Assembly: GCA_049323895.1 (NCBI GenBank)
Contig: JBMOKT010000017.1
Location: 19,041-83,040 of the forward strand
Source of the DNA: Bacillota bacterium
GTDB lineage: Bacteria; Bacillota; Peptococcia; Peptococcales; BICA1-8
Direction: 5' to 3'
DNA: 64,000 bases
In this document: piece by piece, positions 8,159-17,350 of the stretch
How the letters are laid out: each line of letters begins with the position of its first letter
Position numbering within the stretch: the first letter of the stretch is position 1
The notes under the pieces: model-generated
Database searches by the model: none
Seen by the model: the letters and a program-made list of their open reading frames with translations, nothing else
Told to the model about the DNA's origin: nothing
Made by a program: the position numbers and the translations under genes

Positions 8159-8935
8159 TTACATATGCTTTCGCATATGGGTTAGGGCTGCCTTTTCTAA
8201 TCTGCTGACCTGAGCCTGAGAAATACCGATTTCATCAGCTACTTCCATTTGGGTTTTGCCGTCAAAAAATCTTAAAGTCAATATCAGCCTTTCCCGTTCA
8301 TTAAGCTTACGCAAGGCCTCTTTGACAGCAATACTCTCCAGCCAGCTTAGATCTGAGTTTTTTTCGTCTCCTACTTGATCCATTACAAAAATAGGGTCTC
8401 CCCCGTCATGATAAATAGGCTCAAATAATGATACCGGCTCCTGGATAGCATCTAAGGCAAATACAATTTCCTCCCTGGGCAGTTTTAGCTCCTCGGCAAT
8501 TTCAGTTATGGTGGGTTCTTTAGAATGTTTATTGACTAGGGAATCCCTGACCTGCAATGCCTTATAGGCAATATCCCTTAAGGATCTGCTTACCCTAATG
8601 GGGTTGTTATCACGCAGATATCTCCTTATTTCACCAATAATCATAGGGACCGCATATGTTGAAAACTTAACATTTTGGCTTAAGTCAAAATTGTCTATAG
8701 CTTTCATCAAACCTATACACCCTACCTGAAATAAGTCATCCACATATTCACCCCTATTGGTAAACCTCTGGATGACGCTTAATACCAAACGTAAGTTTCC
8801 TTGGATTAACTTTTCTCTGGCTTCCTCATCATTGTTAGCTTGAAGGTTTTTAAACAATTCTCTCATTTTCACGTTAGATAATACGGGTAATTTTGCAGTG
8901 TCAACTCCACAAATTTCTACTTTGTTTATTATCAA
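8159..8935 (-). CDS. sigG: RNA polymerase sporulation sigma factor SigG
   Basis: NKVEICGVDTAKLPVL...GNLRLVLSVIQRFTNRGEYVDDLFQVGCIGLMKAIDNFD is near-identical in pattern to B. subtilis SigG. The start is TTG with GGGGG 8 nt upstream. Confidence 0.92.
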   Translation of the reverse strand: MIINKVEICGVDTAKLPVLSNVKMRELFKNLQANNDEEAREKLIQGNLRLVLSVIQRFTNRGEYVDDLFQVGCIGLMKAIDNFDLSQNVKFSTYAVPMIIGEIRRYLRDNNPIRVSRSLRDIAYKALQVRDSLVNKHSKEPTITEIAEELKLPREEIVFALDAIQEPVSLFEPIYHDGGDPIFVMDQVGDEKNSDLSWLESIAVKEALRKLNERERLILTLRFFDGKTQMEVADEIGISQAQVSRLEKAALTHMRKHM

Positions 8936-8967
8936 GCCATTTACCCCCTAAGTTCAGAGCTTATTTT

Positions 8968-8997
8968 AGTTATTGCCTTGGGAAGGGTTGATTATTC
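8968..8997 (-). promoter_or_regulatory. Candidate forespore (sigma-F/G type) promoter of sigG
   Basis: The coding strand reads GAATA-15 nt-GGCAATAACT. This resembles GywTA-N15-GGnrAnAnTw with one mismatch in each element. It lies about 30 nt upstream of the sigG RBS. Confidence 0.35.
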
Positions 8998-9099
8998 CAG
9001 GCAAAGGATAAAAATGGCTAAAATGGTTAAAGTCCTTTCATTCGGAGATTTGTGAATTTAGTAAAAAAACTTCAAATTGAATTTCTTTAGTGCCCAGTG

Positions 9100-9174
9100 G
9101 GGGGTGTCAGGGGACGGTTCTCTGTCACGGCTTGCGCCGAAGGGCGTGACAGAGAACCGTCCCCTGACACCCCC
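9100..9174. repeat. 30-bp perfect GC-rich inverted repeat with a 15-nt loop, between sigE and sigG
   Basis: GGGGGTGTCAGGGGACGGTTCTCTGTCACG (9100-9129) pairs perfectly with CGTGACAGAGAACCGTCCCCTGACACCCCC (9145-9174). The loop is GCTTGCGCCGAAGGG. Confidence 0.9.
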
Positions 9175-9195
9175 GACACCATAAATAAATACGAC

Positions 9196-9217
9196 AAAAC
9201 GGGCTTACGCCCGTTTT
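9196..9217 (-). terminator. Intrinsic terminator overlapping the sigE stop codon
   Basis: Minus strand reads TAA-AACGGGC-gtaa-GCCCGTTTTGTCGTATTT. Confidence 0.8.
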
Positions 9218-9950
9218 ACTCCATCCTTTGTATTTCTTTTTTCAGTCGTTTAATTATCCTTTTCTCCAATCTTGATATATATGACTGGGATATTCCTAGA
9301 AAATCAGCAACCTCCTTTTGTGTCTTTTCCTGCCCCCCCACCAGTCCGAACCTTAACTCCATTATTTTCTTCTCCCGGGGATTTAATTTTTTCATAGCTG
9401 AATTTAAAAGTTTCTTATCTACTTCCTCCTCTAAGGATTTATAAATAATATCATTCTCTGTACCAAGCACATCACTAAGCAGGAGTTCATTTCCATCCCA
9501 ATCAATATTTAACGGCTCATCAAAACTGACCTCTGATTTCGTTTTGTTGCTTCTTCGCAAATGCATTAAAATTTCATTTTCAATACACCGGGATGCATAG
9601 GTAGCCAATTTGATTCTTTTTACAGGGTCAAAGGTATTAACAGCCTTAATTAGACCAATAGTTCCTATGGAAACCAGGTCTTCTATGCCGATTCCTGTAT
9701 TTTCAAATTTGCGGGCTATATAAACCACTAAACGTAAATTTCTTTCGATTAGGATACTTTTAACGTTAGCATCGCCTGCCTCCAGGCGCTCTAACAAAAG
9801 TCCTTCCTCATCCTGGGTCAGAGGTGGCGGCAGAGCCTCGCTGCTGCCCACATAAAAAATGTCTTCAGAAAGTCCTAGTTTCTTTAAAAGCCTTAAAAAA
9901 ATAATTTTAAAATTTATCTTCCATCTTATTAATTGACCTTCTTGAATCAA
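9216..9950 (-). CDS. sigE: Pro-sigma-E, sporulation sigma factor SigE
   Basis: It has a pro-sequence followed by [17 protein letters not shown] and [37 protein letters not shown]. The start was moved to the TTG at 9950 because GGAGGTG lies 7 nt upstream. The track ORF begins at 9995. Confidence 0.9.
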   Translation of the reverse strand: MIQEGQLIRWKINFKIIFLRLLKKLGLSEDIFYVGSSEALPPPLTQDEEGLLLERLEAGDANVKSILIERNLRLVVYIARKFENTGIGIEDLVSIGTIGLIKAVNTFDPVKRIKLATYASRCIENEILMHLRRSNKTKSEVSFDEPLNIDWDGNELLLSDVLGTENDIIYKSLEEEVDKKLLNSAMKKLNPREKKIMELRFGLVGGQEKTQKEVADFLGISQSYISRLEKRIIKRLKKEIQRME

Positions 9951-9997
9951 AGATGTCCACCTCCGTTTATTTTGTCTTACAAAATTTCGCTGCAATA

Positions 9998-10924
9998 CTA
10001 TTCACCATTAAGCATATCCGGATGAATTAAAGCTTGGTAAGAACCCTGGGAGCACAACCTTAAATGATATATCCCTACAACAATCTTGGTATTGATAATT
10101 CGGTTTTCACCATCCCTAATCATTACTTTATCAGGCTTAAATCCAATCAACATTCCATTTTGATTCCCTAACGAGGAAAAGGGAATCAGTCTTAGCCTGG
10201 TTTGCCATTTATCATCCGAAAAAACACTTAACTGTTGGTCCAAAGGGGGTATTTCCTTCCTGCCCAGTATTTTCTCTAGTACCGGAGGCAAAACTGCGGC
10301 TAATTTTTTATACTCAATAACCATTACAGGTTCTTTACTGATAGGGTCAACTAACTGATTGCCTGTATCCACTAATGCATCAAAATCTATTAATTCACCA
10401 AAAATTTCTAAAGTACCTTTGACCAGCCAAGGTCCTTGATGTAAATTACGCCTTACGTAGCTGGCACCCCAAATTCCTAATATTATGGCAACTGCCAGCC
10501 CGACTAAGAGCCAGGCAGTCCTAAAATCAATTACATTCACCGCAATACCGTTCCACGTTTCAATAATATTTGGATTTGTATCAAACAGATACATGGATCC
10601 TAAAACCGCCCCACCCATGATGAATGAAACTAAATAAAAATAGGCGGCAGATTTTAAGAACCGCCTAAAATTGTAAAATCCATAAGCTGCCAGGAGCATT
10701 AGTATAGAACAGAATATTTTGGCAAAAACGGTACTTAACATAGTAAGTTGCGGTAAAAATATAAGTACAGCGTAACCAGCACCAATAAATGCACCAAAAC
10801 ACAATCTGGTGAAGGTTGTCCCTAACTTTCCAAGTTTTGCTGCCGCCCAGAGAATAAAGAAATCCATAGTGAAATTTATAAGAAAAACTAAATCAATGTA
10901 TACGTTAACATCGGGCGACACCAA
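9998..10924 (-). CDS. spoIIGA: Sigma-E processing peptidase SpoIIGA
   Basis: It has five N-terminal TM segments and then a C-terminal aspartic-protease region with [12 protein letters not shown]. It sits immediately upstream of sigE. Confidence 0.85.
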   Translation of the reverse strand: MVSPDVNVYIDLVFLINFTMDFFILWAAAKLGKLGTTFTRLCFGAFIGAGYAVLIFLPQLTMLSTVFAKIFCSILMLLAAYGFYNFRRFLKSAAYFYLVSFIMGGAVLGSMYLFDTNPNIIETWNGIAVNVIDFRTAWLLVGLAVAIILGIWGASYVRRNLHQGPWLVKGTLEIFGELIDFDALVDTGNQLVDPISKEPVMVIEYKKLAAVLPPVLEKILGRKEIPPLDQQLSVFSDDKWQTRLRLIPFSSLGNQNGMLIGFKPDKVMIRDGENRIINTKIVVGIYHLRLCSQGSYQALIHPDMLNGE

Positions 10925-10968
10925 ACCACCCCCGCTTCAATTTTTTCAGGGAGAAGCTTCCTCTTAAC

Positions 10969-11012
10969 ATTATAAACCATCTTCTTCCAGAAACATGTCA
11001 TTTTTTGCGAAA
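10969..11012 (-). promoter_or_regulatory. Candidate spoIIG promoter with an over-long spacer and an adjacent 0A-box-like site
   Basis: The coding strand reads TTTCGCAAAA-a-ATGACA-21 nt-TATAAT. The -10 is at 10969-10974 and the -35-like element is at 10996-11001. Confidence 0.3.
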
Positions 11013-11051
11013 TTTAACTTTAGTTCAATTTATTTCCATTTGGGGCTAAAG

Positions 11052-11077
11052 AATTACACCCTCTAGGGGGTGTAATT
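11052..11077 (-). terminator. Hairpin after the MCP-like gene
   Basis: AATTACACCC-6 nt-GGGTGTAATT, a 10-bp perfect stem with a weak T-tract. Confidence 0.5.
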
Positions 11078-11083
11078 TGCCGA

Positions 11084-11941
11084 CTACTTATAAGTAATAT
11101 TGACATTTGTATACTCAAACAAATCAACAGCCATAGCAGCTAACTCTTGGCTTGATGATGAGATTTCCTGACAGGATTTCACTTGTTCTCGGACATTATT
11201 ATCCATACCTATGCAGCTGGATTCTACGGTCTTTACAGTTTGCTGAATTTGTTGGATAATTTCAGATATTTTCTTTACTGCTATGTTGCTGTCCGCGGCT
11301 AATTTCCTCACTTCATCAGCAACCACTCCAAAACCTCTGCCATTTTCACCAGCCCGTGCCGCTTCAATGGCTGCATTTAATCCTAAAAGATTGGTTTGAT
11401 TGGCAACTTTTTGAATAAAGCTAATTATTTGATCAGTTTCTGCGACCATTTGGCTGGCCTTTATTGTCAGTTGGGTCAGCTCTTGAGCAATAACCGACAA
11501 TTCATATGATTGGGCATTAAGGTTTTGAATTGATGCAGATATTTGCTGGCTGGAACTGCTTAGATCGTTGGCAGCTTGGCGGATAAAATCTTTTTCATCG
11601 GTTGTTTCCAGGGTAACTACCGCACCCACGGCATTACCACTTTCATCCAGCACAGGACAAGCGGTGGCAATGTAGGGTATACCAAAGGGAGAGGTCTCTT
11701 TGGTAAATTCATTAACTATCCTTCTTTTCTCTTTAATACATTTAGAGACTGCAGTTCCTTCAGCAATCTTTTCCCCAGCCTGTCGCTTTAAGTCAAGTTT
11801 CTTACTGGGAATATATGCTAAATAACGGTCATCTTCTACTACCGCTATTCCCATATCAGCAGAAGTAATATCATTTAAGTGGGGAGCAATGGCAAGAAAA
11901 TTCCTTAGTAATTCACGACCCTTACTTTTACTTTGGTCCAA
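11084..11941 (-). CDS. Soluble sensor protein: a PAS/Cache-like N-domain fused to a short methyl-accepting-chemotaxis signalling (hairpin tip) domain
   Basis: Contains [37 protein letters not shown]. No TM segment is present. The start is TTG with AAGGGGG upstream. Confidence 0.8.
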   Translation of the reverse strand: MDQSKSKGRELLRNFLAIAPHLNDITSADMGIAVVEDDRYLAYIPSKKLDLKRQAGEKIAEGTAVSKCIKEKRRIVNEFTKETSPFGIPYIATACPVLDESGNAVGAVVTLETTDEKDFIRQAANDLSSSSQQISASIQNLNAQSYELSVIAQELTQLTIKASQMVAETDQIISFIQKVANQTNLLGLNAAIEAARAGENGRGFGVVADEVRKLAADSNIAVKKISEIIQQIQQTVKTVESSCIGMDNNVREQVKSCQEISSSSQELAAMAVDLFEYTNVNITYK

Positions 11942-11984
11942 CCCTTGATACCCCCTTTACAGTTTTACTAAAAGATACCAATGT

Positions 11985-12050
11985 TTAGAAAAACACGGCT
12001 TGCGCCAAGCCTTTGGCGGCTGCGGAAAAGTTATGCTCCCTTATAAGTAT
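11985..12050 (+). repeat. Copy 1 of a ~60-bp TTAGAAAACACGGCTTGCGCC element
   Basis: TTAGAAAAACACGGCTTGCGCCAAGCCTTTGGCGGCTGCGGAAAAGTTATG... It aligns with 26430-, 56112- and 58193- (reverse strand). Confidence 0.75.
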
Positions 12051-12109
12051 TAAAAAGCCGAAACTGCAGCCATTAAAGCCACACCTCGGCTAAAGCAGTA
12101 TATTTGCTT

Positions 12110-12853
12110 CTATAGAACAGCTCCACCATCAACACATAATACCTCTCCGGTAACAAATGCCGCTTCATCAGAAGCCAGATACAAATACGCATTAGCTATA
12201 TCTTCAGAGGAACCCAGCCTTCCCAATGGAGATTTTGCCTTTAGCATATCAATTACTTTTTCCGGTACACTGTCCAGCATGGGAGTCATTGTATATCCAG
12301 GAGCAACCGCATTAACTCTGATACCTTTTCTGCCCAGTTCTTTTGCCCAGGTTTTAGTCATGCCAATCACGCCCCACTTAGTTGCAGCATAATTGGTCTG
12401 TCCAAAGTTGCCATAAACTCCTACGATGGAACTGGCATTAAGAATAACTCCGCCTTTTTCCTGTTCTGCCATTACCTTGGCCGCAGCCTGTCCGCAATTG
12501 TATACACCCTTTAAGTTTACGGCGATAACCTTATCAAATTGTTCTTCAGTCATTTTCAGAAGCTGGGCGTCTGCAGTGATGCCTGCGTTGTTAACCAAAA
12601 TATCAATTTTCCCAAATTTATCCAGAGTTTTTCGAATCATTTCATCCACATTTTCCCCATTTGTTACGTCTACAATCAGACCTAAAGCTTCCTGTCCCAA
12701 TGCCTGAATTTTTTGAGTAACTTCCGCAATATTCTGCTCATTGACGTCTGCTACAACAACATTAGCCCCCTCCTGGGCAAACCTAACAGCTGTAGCCTCA
12801 CCAATTCCTCTTCCACCACCCGTTACTATTGCAACCTTATCCTTTAACCGCAT
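12110..12853 (-). CDS. Short-chain dehydrogenase/reductase (FabG-like; candidate 3-hydroxybutyrate/3-oxoacyl reductase)
   Basis: Contains TGGGRGIG, NNAG and the catalytic triad context S...YAATK. Confidence 0.85.
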   Translation of the reverse strand: MRLKDKVAIVTGGGRGIGEATAVRFAQEGANVVVADVNEQNIAEVTQKIQALGQEALGLIVDVTNGENVDEMIRKTLDKFGKIDILVNNAGITADAQLLKMTEEQFDKVIAVNLKGVYNCGQAAAKVMAEQEKGGVILNASSIVGVYGNFGQTNYAATKWGVIGMTKTWAKELGRKGIRVNAVAPGYTMTPMLDSVPEKVIDMLKAKSPLGRLGSSEDIANAYLYLASDEAAFVTGEVLCVDGGAVL

Positions 12854-12876
12854 GTTGTACCCTCCTTTTTATGTTA

Positions 12877-14052
12877 TTATCTTTCAAATAAGGCAGCCAC
12901 ACCTTGCCCCCCGCCTATACAAAGGGTGGCCAATCCTTTCTTTGCATCCCTTTTTTGCATTTCATACAAAAGGGTTACCAGGATTCTTGCCCCGCTGGCA
13001 CCAATGGGGTGACCTAGTGCAATAGCGCCACCATTGACGTTAACCTTATCCATATCAAACTCTAGTTCTTTGGCTACCGCCAGAGACTGGGCAGCAAAAG
13101 CTTCGTTAGCTTCAACAAGATCCAAATCGGAAATTTGCCAGCCTGCCTTTTTCAAGGCCTTACGGGAGGCATCCACAGGTCCAATGCCCATAATTGCAGG
13201 GGCAACTCCAGCCGATGCTCCTGCCACAAAACGGGCTAGGGGCTCAACTCCCAGTTCCTTTGCTTTTTGAGCCGTGGAGACAATTAATACAGCAGCGCCA
13301 TCATTTATTCCCGATGCATTTCCTGCAGTAACCGTTCCATCCTTTTTAAAAGCCGGTCTTAGTTTCGATAGTGCTTCCACAGTAACTCCAGCCCTTGGAA
13401 ATTCATCGACGGAAAAATCTTCAAAGGATTTTTTAACTGGGACTTTAACCGGAATAATTTCCTGGGCAAAACGGTTCTCCACCATAGCCTTTTCAGCCTT
13501 ATTCTGGCTGCTGACAGCAAAGGCATCTTGTTCCTCCCTGGTGATTGCCCATTTTTCAGCGATATTCTCGGCAGTAATACCCATGTGATAGTCCTCCATG
13601 GCACACCATAATCCGTCTGTAATCATCTCATCTACTACTTCACCACTGCCCATCCTATATCCGAAACGCGCCTTTGGTAAAACATACGGTGCTTGAGACA
13701 TGTTTTCCGTTCCTCCGGCAACCACAATCTCTGCGTCTCCCAATGCCACAGCCTGCGCCGCCATCATTACAGCCTTCAAGCCAGAACCGCAAACTTTGTT
13801 TATAGTCAAGGCAGGAACGTTAATGGGAAGCCCCGCCGCTAATGCCGCTTGACGGGCAACGTTCTGCCCTAGGCCTGCCTGCAAAACACAACCCATTATT
13901 ACTTCGTCAACTTGCTCTTTGGCCACATTTCCCCGTTTTAGAGCCTCTTCAATTACTATACTCCCCAGGGTTGAGGCTGTAACACCTGCCAATCCCCCGC
14001 CAAAACTGCCTATGGGGGTCCTAACTCCGCTTAAAATAACAACTTCAACCAC
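12877..14052 (-). CDS. Acetyl-CoA C-acetyltransferase (thiolase II)
   Basis: Contains the VCGSGLKAV active-site Cys, [15 protein letters not shown] and the CIGGGQG tail. Confidence 0.9.
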   Translation of the reverse strand: MVEVVILSGVRTPIGSFGGGLAGVTASTLGSIVIEEALKRGNVAKEQVDEVIMGCVLQAGLGQNVARQAALAAGLPINVPALTINKVCGSGLKAVMMAAQAVALGDAEIVVAGGTENMSQAPYVLPKARFGYRMGSGEVVDEMITDGLWCAMEDYHMGITAENIAEKWAITREEQDAFAVSSQNKAEKAMVENRFAQEIIPVKVPVKKSFEDFSVDEFPRAGVTVEALSKLRPAFKKDGTVTAGNASGINDGAAVLIVSTAQKAKELGVEPLARFVAGASAGVAPAIMGIGPVDASRKALKKAGWQISDLDLVEANEAFAAQSLAVAKELEFDMDKVNVNGGAIALGHPIGASGARILVTLLYEMQKRDAKKGLATLCIGGGQGVAALFER

Positions 14053-14056
14053 TTCA

Positions 14057-15604
14057 CTAACCCCCTAATTCCATAGTTTCAGGTCTAAAAATCCGTGCAT
14101 CCATGAGTTTAGGATGCCCATCCATCTTTGGCATGAACTTCATTAAATCCAGAATTTCCTTCTGTAAATCTATCCCTGGAGCAATTTCTGTTAAATACAA
14201 GCCATCTCCACGCAGTTCAAAGACTGCCCGCTCAGTAATATACATAACCTGCTGCTTAGTTTCCCGGGCATAATTTCCGCTAAAGGTTATTTGACCAACA
14301 GCATCTACAAACTTACTTACCTTTCCTTCCTGTTTTATGGTAAGTTTTTCATTAACCTCAATTTCCAGTCCCCCTGCAGTAAATGTACCGCAAAAAATTA
14401 CTTTTTTAGCGTTTTGTGTTATATTGATAAAACCACCACAACCAACAACCCGCGAACCCAATTTGCTAACATTTACGTTTCCATCTTTATCAGCCTCTGC
14501 CATTCCCAGGAAGGCAATATCCAGACCGCCCCCATCATAAAAATCAAATTGGGAAGGCTGATCCAGGATGGACTCAGGGTTTATGGCGGCGCCAAAGCTT
14601 AAACCACCGGCAGGAATCCCCCCTACAGGACCCGATTCTACTGTTAGAGTCATATACTCTCCGATTCCTTCCTCATTGGCGACATTGGCTACTGTCTCAG
14701 GAATACCTATACCTAAGTTAACTATTGTGTTGGGTGTTAACTCCATAGCAGCCCTGCGGCCAATTACCTTTCGCTCATCCAGCTTTAGACTTTTAAGTTC
14801 ACGTACCGGAATTTTTATTTCTCCCGTATAGGAAGGATTATATTGTTCACCAAAAGTCTGCATATGTTTCGCAGCTTCTGCGACTACAACAGCATCTACA
14901 TAAATTCCCGGAATTTTAACCAATTTAGGGTCAAGTGTCCCGCCCTTAACTACCCGCTCTACCTGGACAATAACTTTCCCTCCGCTGTTTTTAACGGCTT
15001 GGGCTATTGCTGTAACTTCCAGGGACACCGCCTCTTTTTCCATGGTGATGTTACCTTTTTCATCAGCAGTAGTTCCTCGTACCAAAGCAGCATTAATAGG
15101 GAATGTCTTATAGAGAAGCCTTTCTTGTCCTGCAATATTTATTACTTCAACAATATCTTCAGTTGTTTTGGCGTTTAATTTCCCTCCCTCAACCCGAGGA
15201 TCGCAAAAAGTTTTCAATCCAACATGGGTAATAGTTCCCAGCTTTCCGGCGGCAATATCTCGAAACATATGAGTAATAACACCTTGTGGCAAATTATAGG
15301 CTTCAATAAGGTTATCAGCCGCCAGCTTGCCTAACTTAGGAGCAAGATTCCAATGACCGCCAATCACCCTGCCTACCAATCCCGGATGACCTAGATGATT
15401 AAGACCTTTTTCTTTTCCATCCCCTTGGCCTGCTGCATAAATCAGTCCGATATTTTGGGGAGTCCCCGTTTCTAAAAATCTCTCTTCCAAAGCTGAAGTC
15501 AAGGCTTCCGGATGGCAATTACCCACAAAACCGCCGGTTGCTACCATGTCACCATCTTTAATTAGTTCTACCGCTTCCCTGGCTGATAAAAATTTAGGTG
15601 CCAT
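14057..15604 (-). CDS. Family I acyl-CoA:acetate/3-ketoacid CoA-transferase, fused alpha-beta (YdiF/propionate CoA-transferase type)
   Basis: About 515 aa with a GGF...GNCHPE N-domain and the ESGPVGG glutamate motif. The start was moved to the ATG at 15604 because AAGGAG lies 9 nt upstream. Confidence 0.85.
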   Translation of the reverse strand: MAPKFLSAREAVELIKDGDMVATGGFVGNCHPEALTSALEERFLETGTPQNIGLIYAAGQGDGKEKGLNHLGHPGLVGRVIGGHWNLAPKLGKLAADNLIEAYNLPQGVITHMFRDIAAGKLGTITHVGLKTFCDPRVEGGKLNAKTTEDIVEVINIAGQERLLYKTFPINAALVRGTTADEKGNITMEKEAVSLEVTAIAQAVKNSGGKVIVQVERVVKGGTLDPKLVKIPGIYVDAVVVAEAAKHMQTFGEQYNPSYTGEIKIPVRELKSLKLDERKVIGRRAAMELTPNTIVNLGIGIPETVANVANEEGIGEYMTLTVESGPVGGIPAGGLSFGAAINPESILDQPSQFDFYDGGGLDIAFLGMAEADKDGNVNVSKLGSRVVGCGGFINITQNAKKVIFCGTFTAGGLEIEVNEKLTIKQEGKVSKFVDAVGQITFSGNYARETKQQVMYITERAVFELRGDGLYLTEIAPGIDLQKEILDLMKFMPKMDGHPKLMDARIFRPETMELGG

Positions 15605-15667
15605 ATGATACAACTCCTTACCAAGTTAATTATTATTTGTGATTACTTGAAAATATCCTGCTTCATT

Positions 15668-15699
15668 AAACAGCTTCCGGTTTTGGCCGGAAGCTGTTT
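15668..15699 (-). terminator. Hairpin after the permease gene
   Basis: AAACAGCTTCCGG-6 nt-CCGGAAGCTGTTT, a 13-bp perfect stem. Confidence 0.7.
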
Positions 15700-15705
15700 A
15701 TCAAC

Positions 15706-17097
15706 TTATACAATACCAGTTAAAGTTGCAAGGATAATTACAAAGATTGTTGCAGAGAACGGAATTACTACAGAAACCATCCCGATGTCAGGATAGGATG
15801 CCCTGTGATTCAAACCGCAAATTGCCAACAAGGTAATAACAGCACCGTTATGAGGCAGACTGTCAAAACCACCGGAGGAAAGGGAGGCAATCTTGTGCAG
15901 CAGTTCCGGGTTAAGACCGACAGCATTACCCCACTCAAGATACCTTTGTCCCATTGCCTCAAGGGCAATACTCATACCACCTGATGCAGAACCGGTAATA
16001 CCGGCCAGCACGTTAACAGTAATAGCTTCGGAAACTAGTGGAGTCCCAGGGTCAATACTCATCATGAATTCAGCAACACTCTTGAAACCTGGCAAGCTGC
16101 GGACAACGTTGCCGTAACCGACTTCAGAAGCAGTATTCATAATAGCTAATAAGGAACCAATAGCACCTGCATTAAGGGCTTTAGCCAAGTTAGCTTCAGA
16201 CTTAATTTGTTTCCAGCCAAAGATTACTGCTAATACTATACCAATTACCAGAGCAGCGATAAGTGCCCAGATAGCAACTACTCCGCTGATTGCCACTTTA
16301 ATTCCTACTGCTTCCAGCTTGGCAGTATCCCAAGTCAATATCATTTTTGTAAATACAAAATTTAGAACAAGTACTGAAAGCAAAGGCAAAATAGCAAGGG
16401 CTGGACTCATTAATTCCTGCTCTTCCTTGCTGGCTACAGGCTCATTGACAAAATCATGCTTGCTGCCGTAGTTTTCACCGGCGGCAATAAATTTCTTCTT
16501 GCGGTACTCCAACCACATAACACCGCCCACAGCCATGATAATACCAGCTATCAGACCTATAGTAGGTGCTGCATAACCTGTAGTTCCAAAATATTTACCA
16601 GGAATTAAGTTTTGAATTTGTGGTGTTCCCGGGAATGCAGTCATAGTAAAGGTAAAGGAACCTAAGGCAATACAGGCCGGTATTAAACGCTTGGGAATAT
16701 CTGCTTCCTTAAACAAAGCAGCAGCAAAAGGATAAACAGCAAATGCTACAACAAATAAGCTTACTCCGCCATAAGTTAATACCGCACAGGCAAGTACAAC
16801 TGCAGTGATGGCTTTGCCGGAACCCAGCTTCTTAATGATCCACTGGGCAATAGACTTTGCCGCACCGCTTTCTTCCATGACCTTACCAAAAACTGCCCCT
16901 AACAGGAATACAGGAAAATAGCTCTTGGCATAGTTCATTGCATTGGGCATAAATACTTCAGTATAAGTCCCTAAAATAGGATAGCCTGCTGTAACGGCAG
17001 CTAAAAGGGCACACACCGGTGCAAAAAGAATAACTGAATAACCGCGATAAGCAATAAACATCAATAAGGCAAGTGATAAAATAATTCCGAGAACCAT
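15706..17097 (-). CDS. GntP-family (gluconate/hydroxy-acid:H+) permease
   Basis: 463 aa with about 12 TM segments and a GntP-like N-terminus. AAGGAGG lies upstream. Confidence 0.85.
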   Translation of the reverse strand: MVLGIILSLALLMFIAYRGYSVILFAPVCALLAAVTAGYPILGTYTEVFMPNAMNYAKSYFPVFLLGAVFGKVMEESGAAKSIAQWIIKKLGSGKAITAVVLACAVLTYGGVSLFVVAFAVYPFAAALFKEADIPKRLIPACIALGSFTFTMTAFPGTPQIQNLIPGKYFGTTGYAAPTIGLIAGIIMAVGGVMWLEYRKKKFIAAGENYGSKHDFVNEPVASKEEQELMSPALAILPLLSVLVLNFVFTKMILTWDTAKLEAVGIKVAISGVVAIWALIAALVIGIVLAVIFGWKQIKSEANLAKALNAGAIGSLLAIMNTASEVGYGNVVRSLPGFKSVAEFMMSIDPGTPLVSEAITVNVLAGITGSASGGMSIALEAMGQRYLEWGNAVGLNPELLHKIASLSSGGFDSLPHNGAVITLLAICGLNHRASYPDIGMVSVVIPFSATIFVIILATLTGIV

Positions 17098-17185
17098 ATA
17101 ACTCCTCCTTAAATATTATTTCTTTTAAAAAGGGAACCTTTAAAATTCACCTCCTTGAAAAAATAATTGCTTCAGGAAATAATAT

Positions 17186-17201
17186 TGCAAAAAACGTGCC
17201 A
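17186..17201 (-). promoter_or_regulatory. Sigma-54 (-24/-12) promoter of the permease / CoA-transferase / thiolase / SDR operon
   Basis: The coding strand reads TGGCACGTTTTTTGCA, an exact fit to TGGCAC-N5-TTGCW. It lies about 90 nt upstream of the start codon. Confidence 0.8.
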
Positions 17202-17253
17202 AGTTCTTTAAAGCGAGTAAACCAACAGAAGACATTCCCTAACCAATAAATAG

Positions 17254-17338
17254 TGTCTAAAATTATGGAATTGTATATAAAATTACTGACTTTTCAAACA
17301 AATACAAGGGGTTTTGGCTGTGTCTAAAATTTTAGAAA
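17254..17338. promoter_or_regulatory. Two candidate enhancer (UAS) sites for the sigma-54 activator
   Basis: GTCTAAAATTATGGA (about 17255) and GTCTAAAATTTTAGA (17322-17336) lie 55-135 bp upstream of the -24/-12 element. The second contains the perfect palindrome TCTAAAATTTTAGA. Confidence 0.5.
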
Positions 17339-17350
17339 CTTTCTATATTT

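Noticed and set aside
9097-9444. 115-aa plus-strand ORF starting in the sigE-sigG spacer.
   Set aside because: Its N-terminus is simply the translated GC-rich hairpin. The remainder is antisense to the 3' end of sigE.
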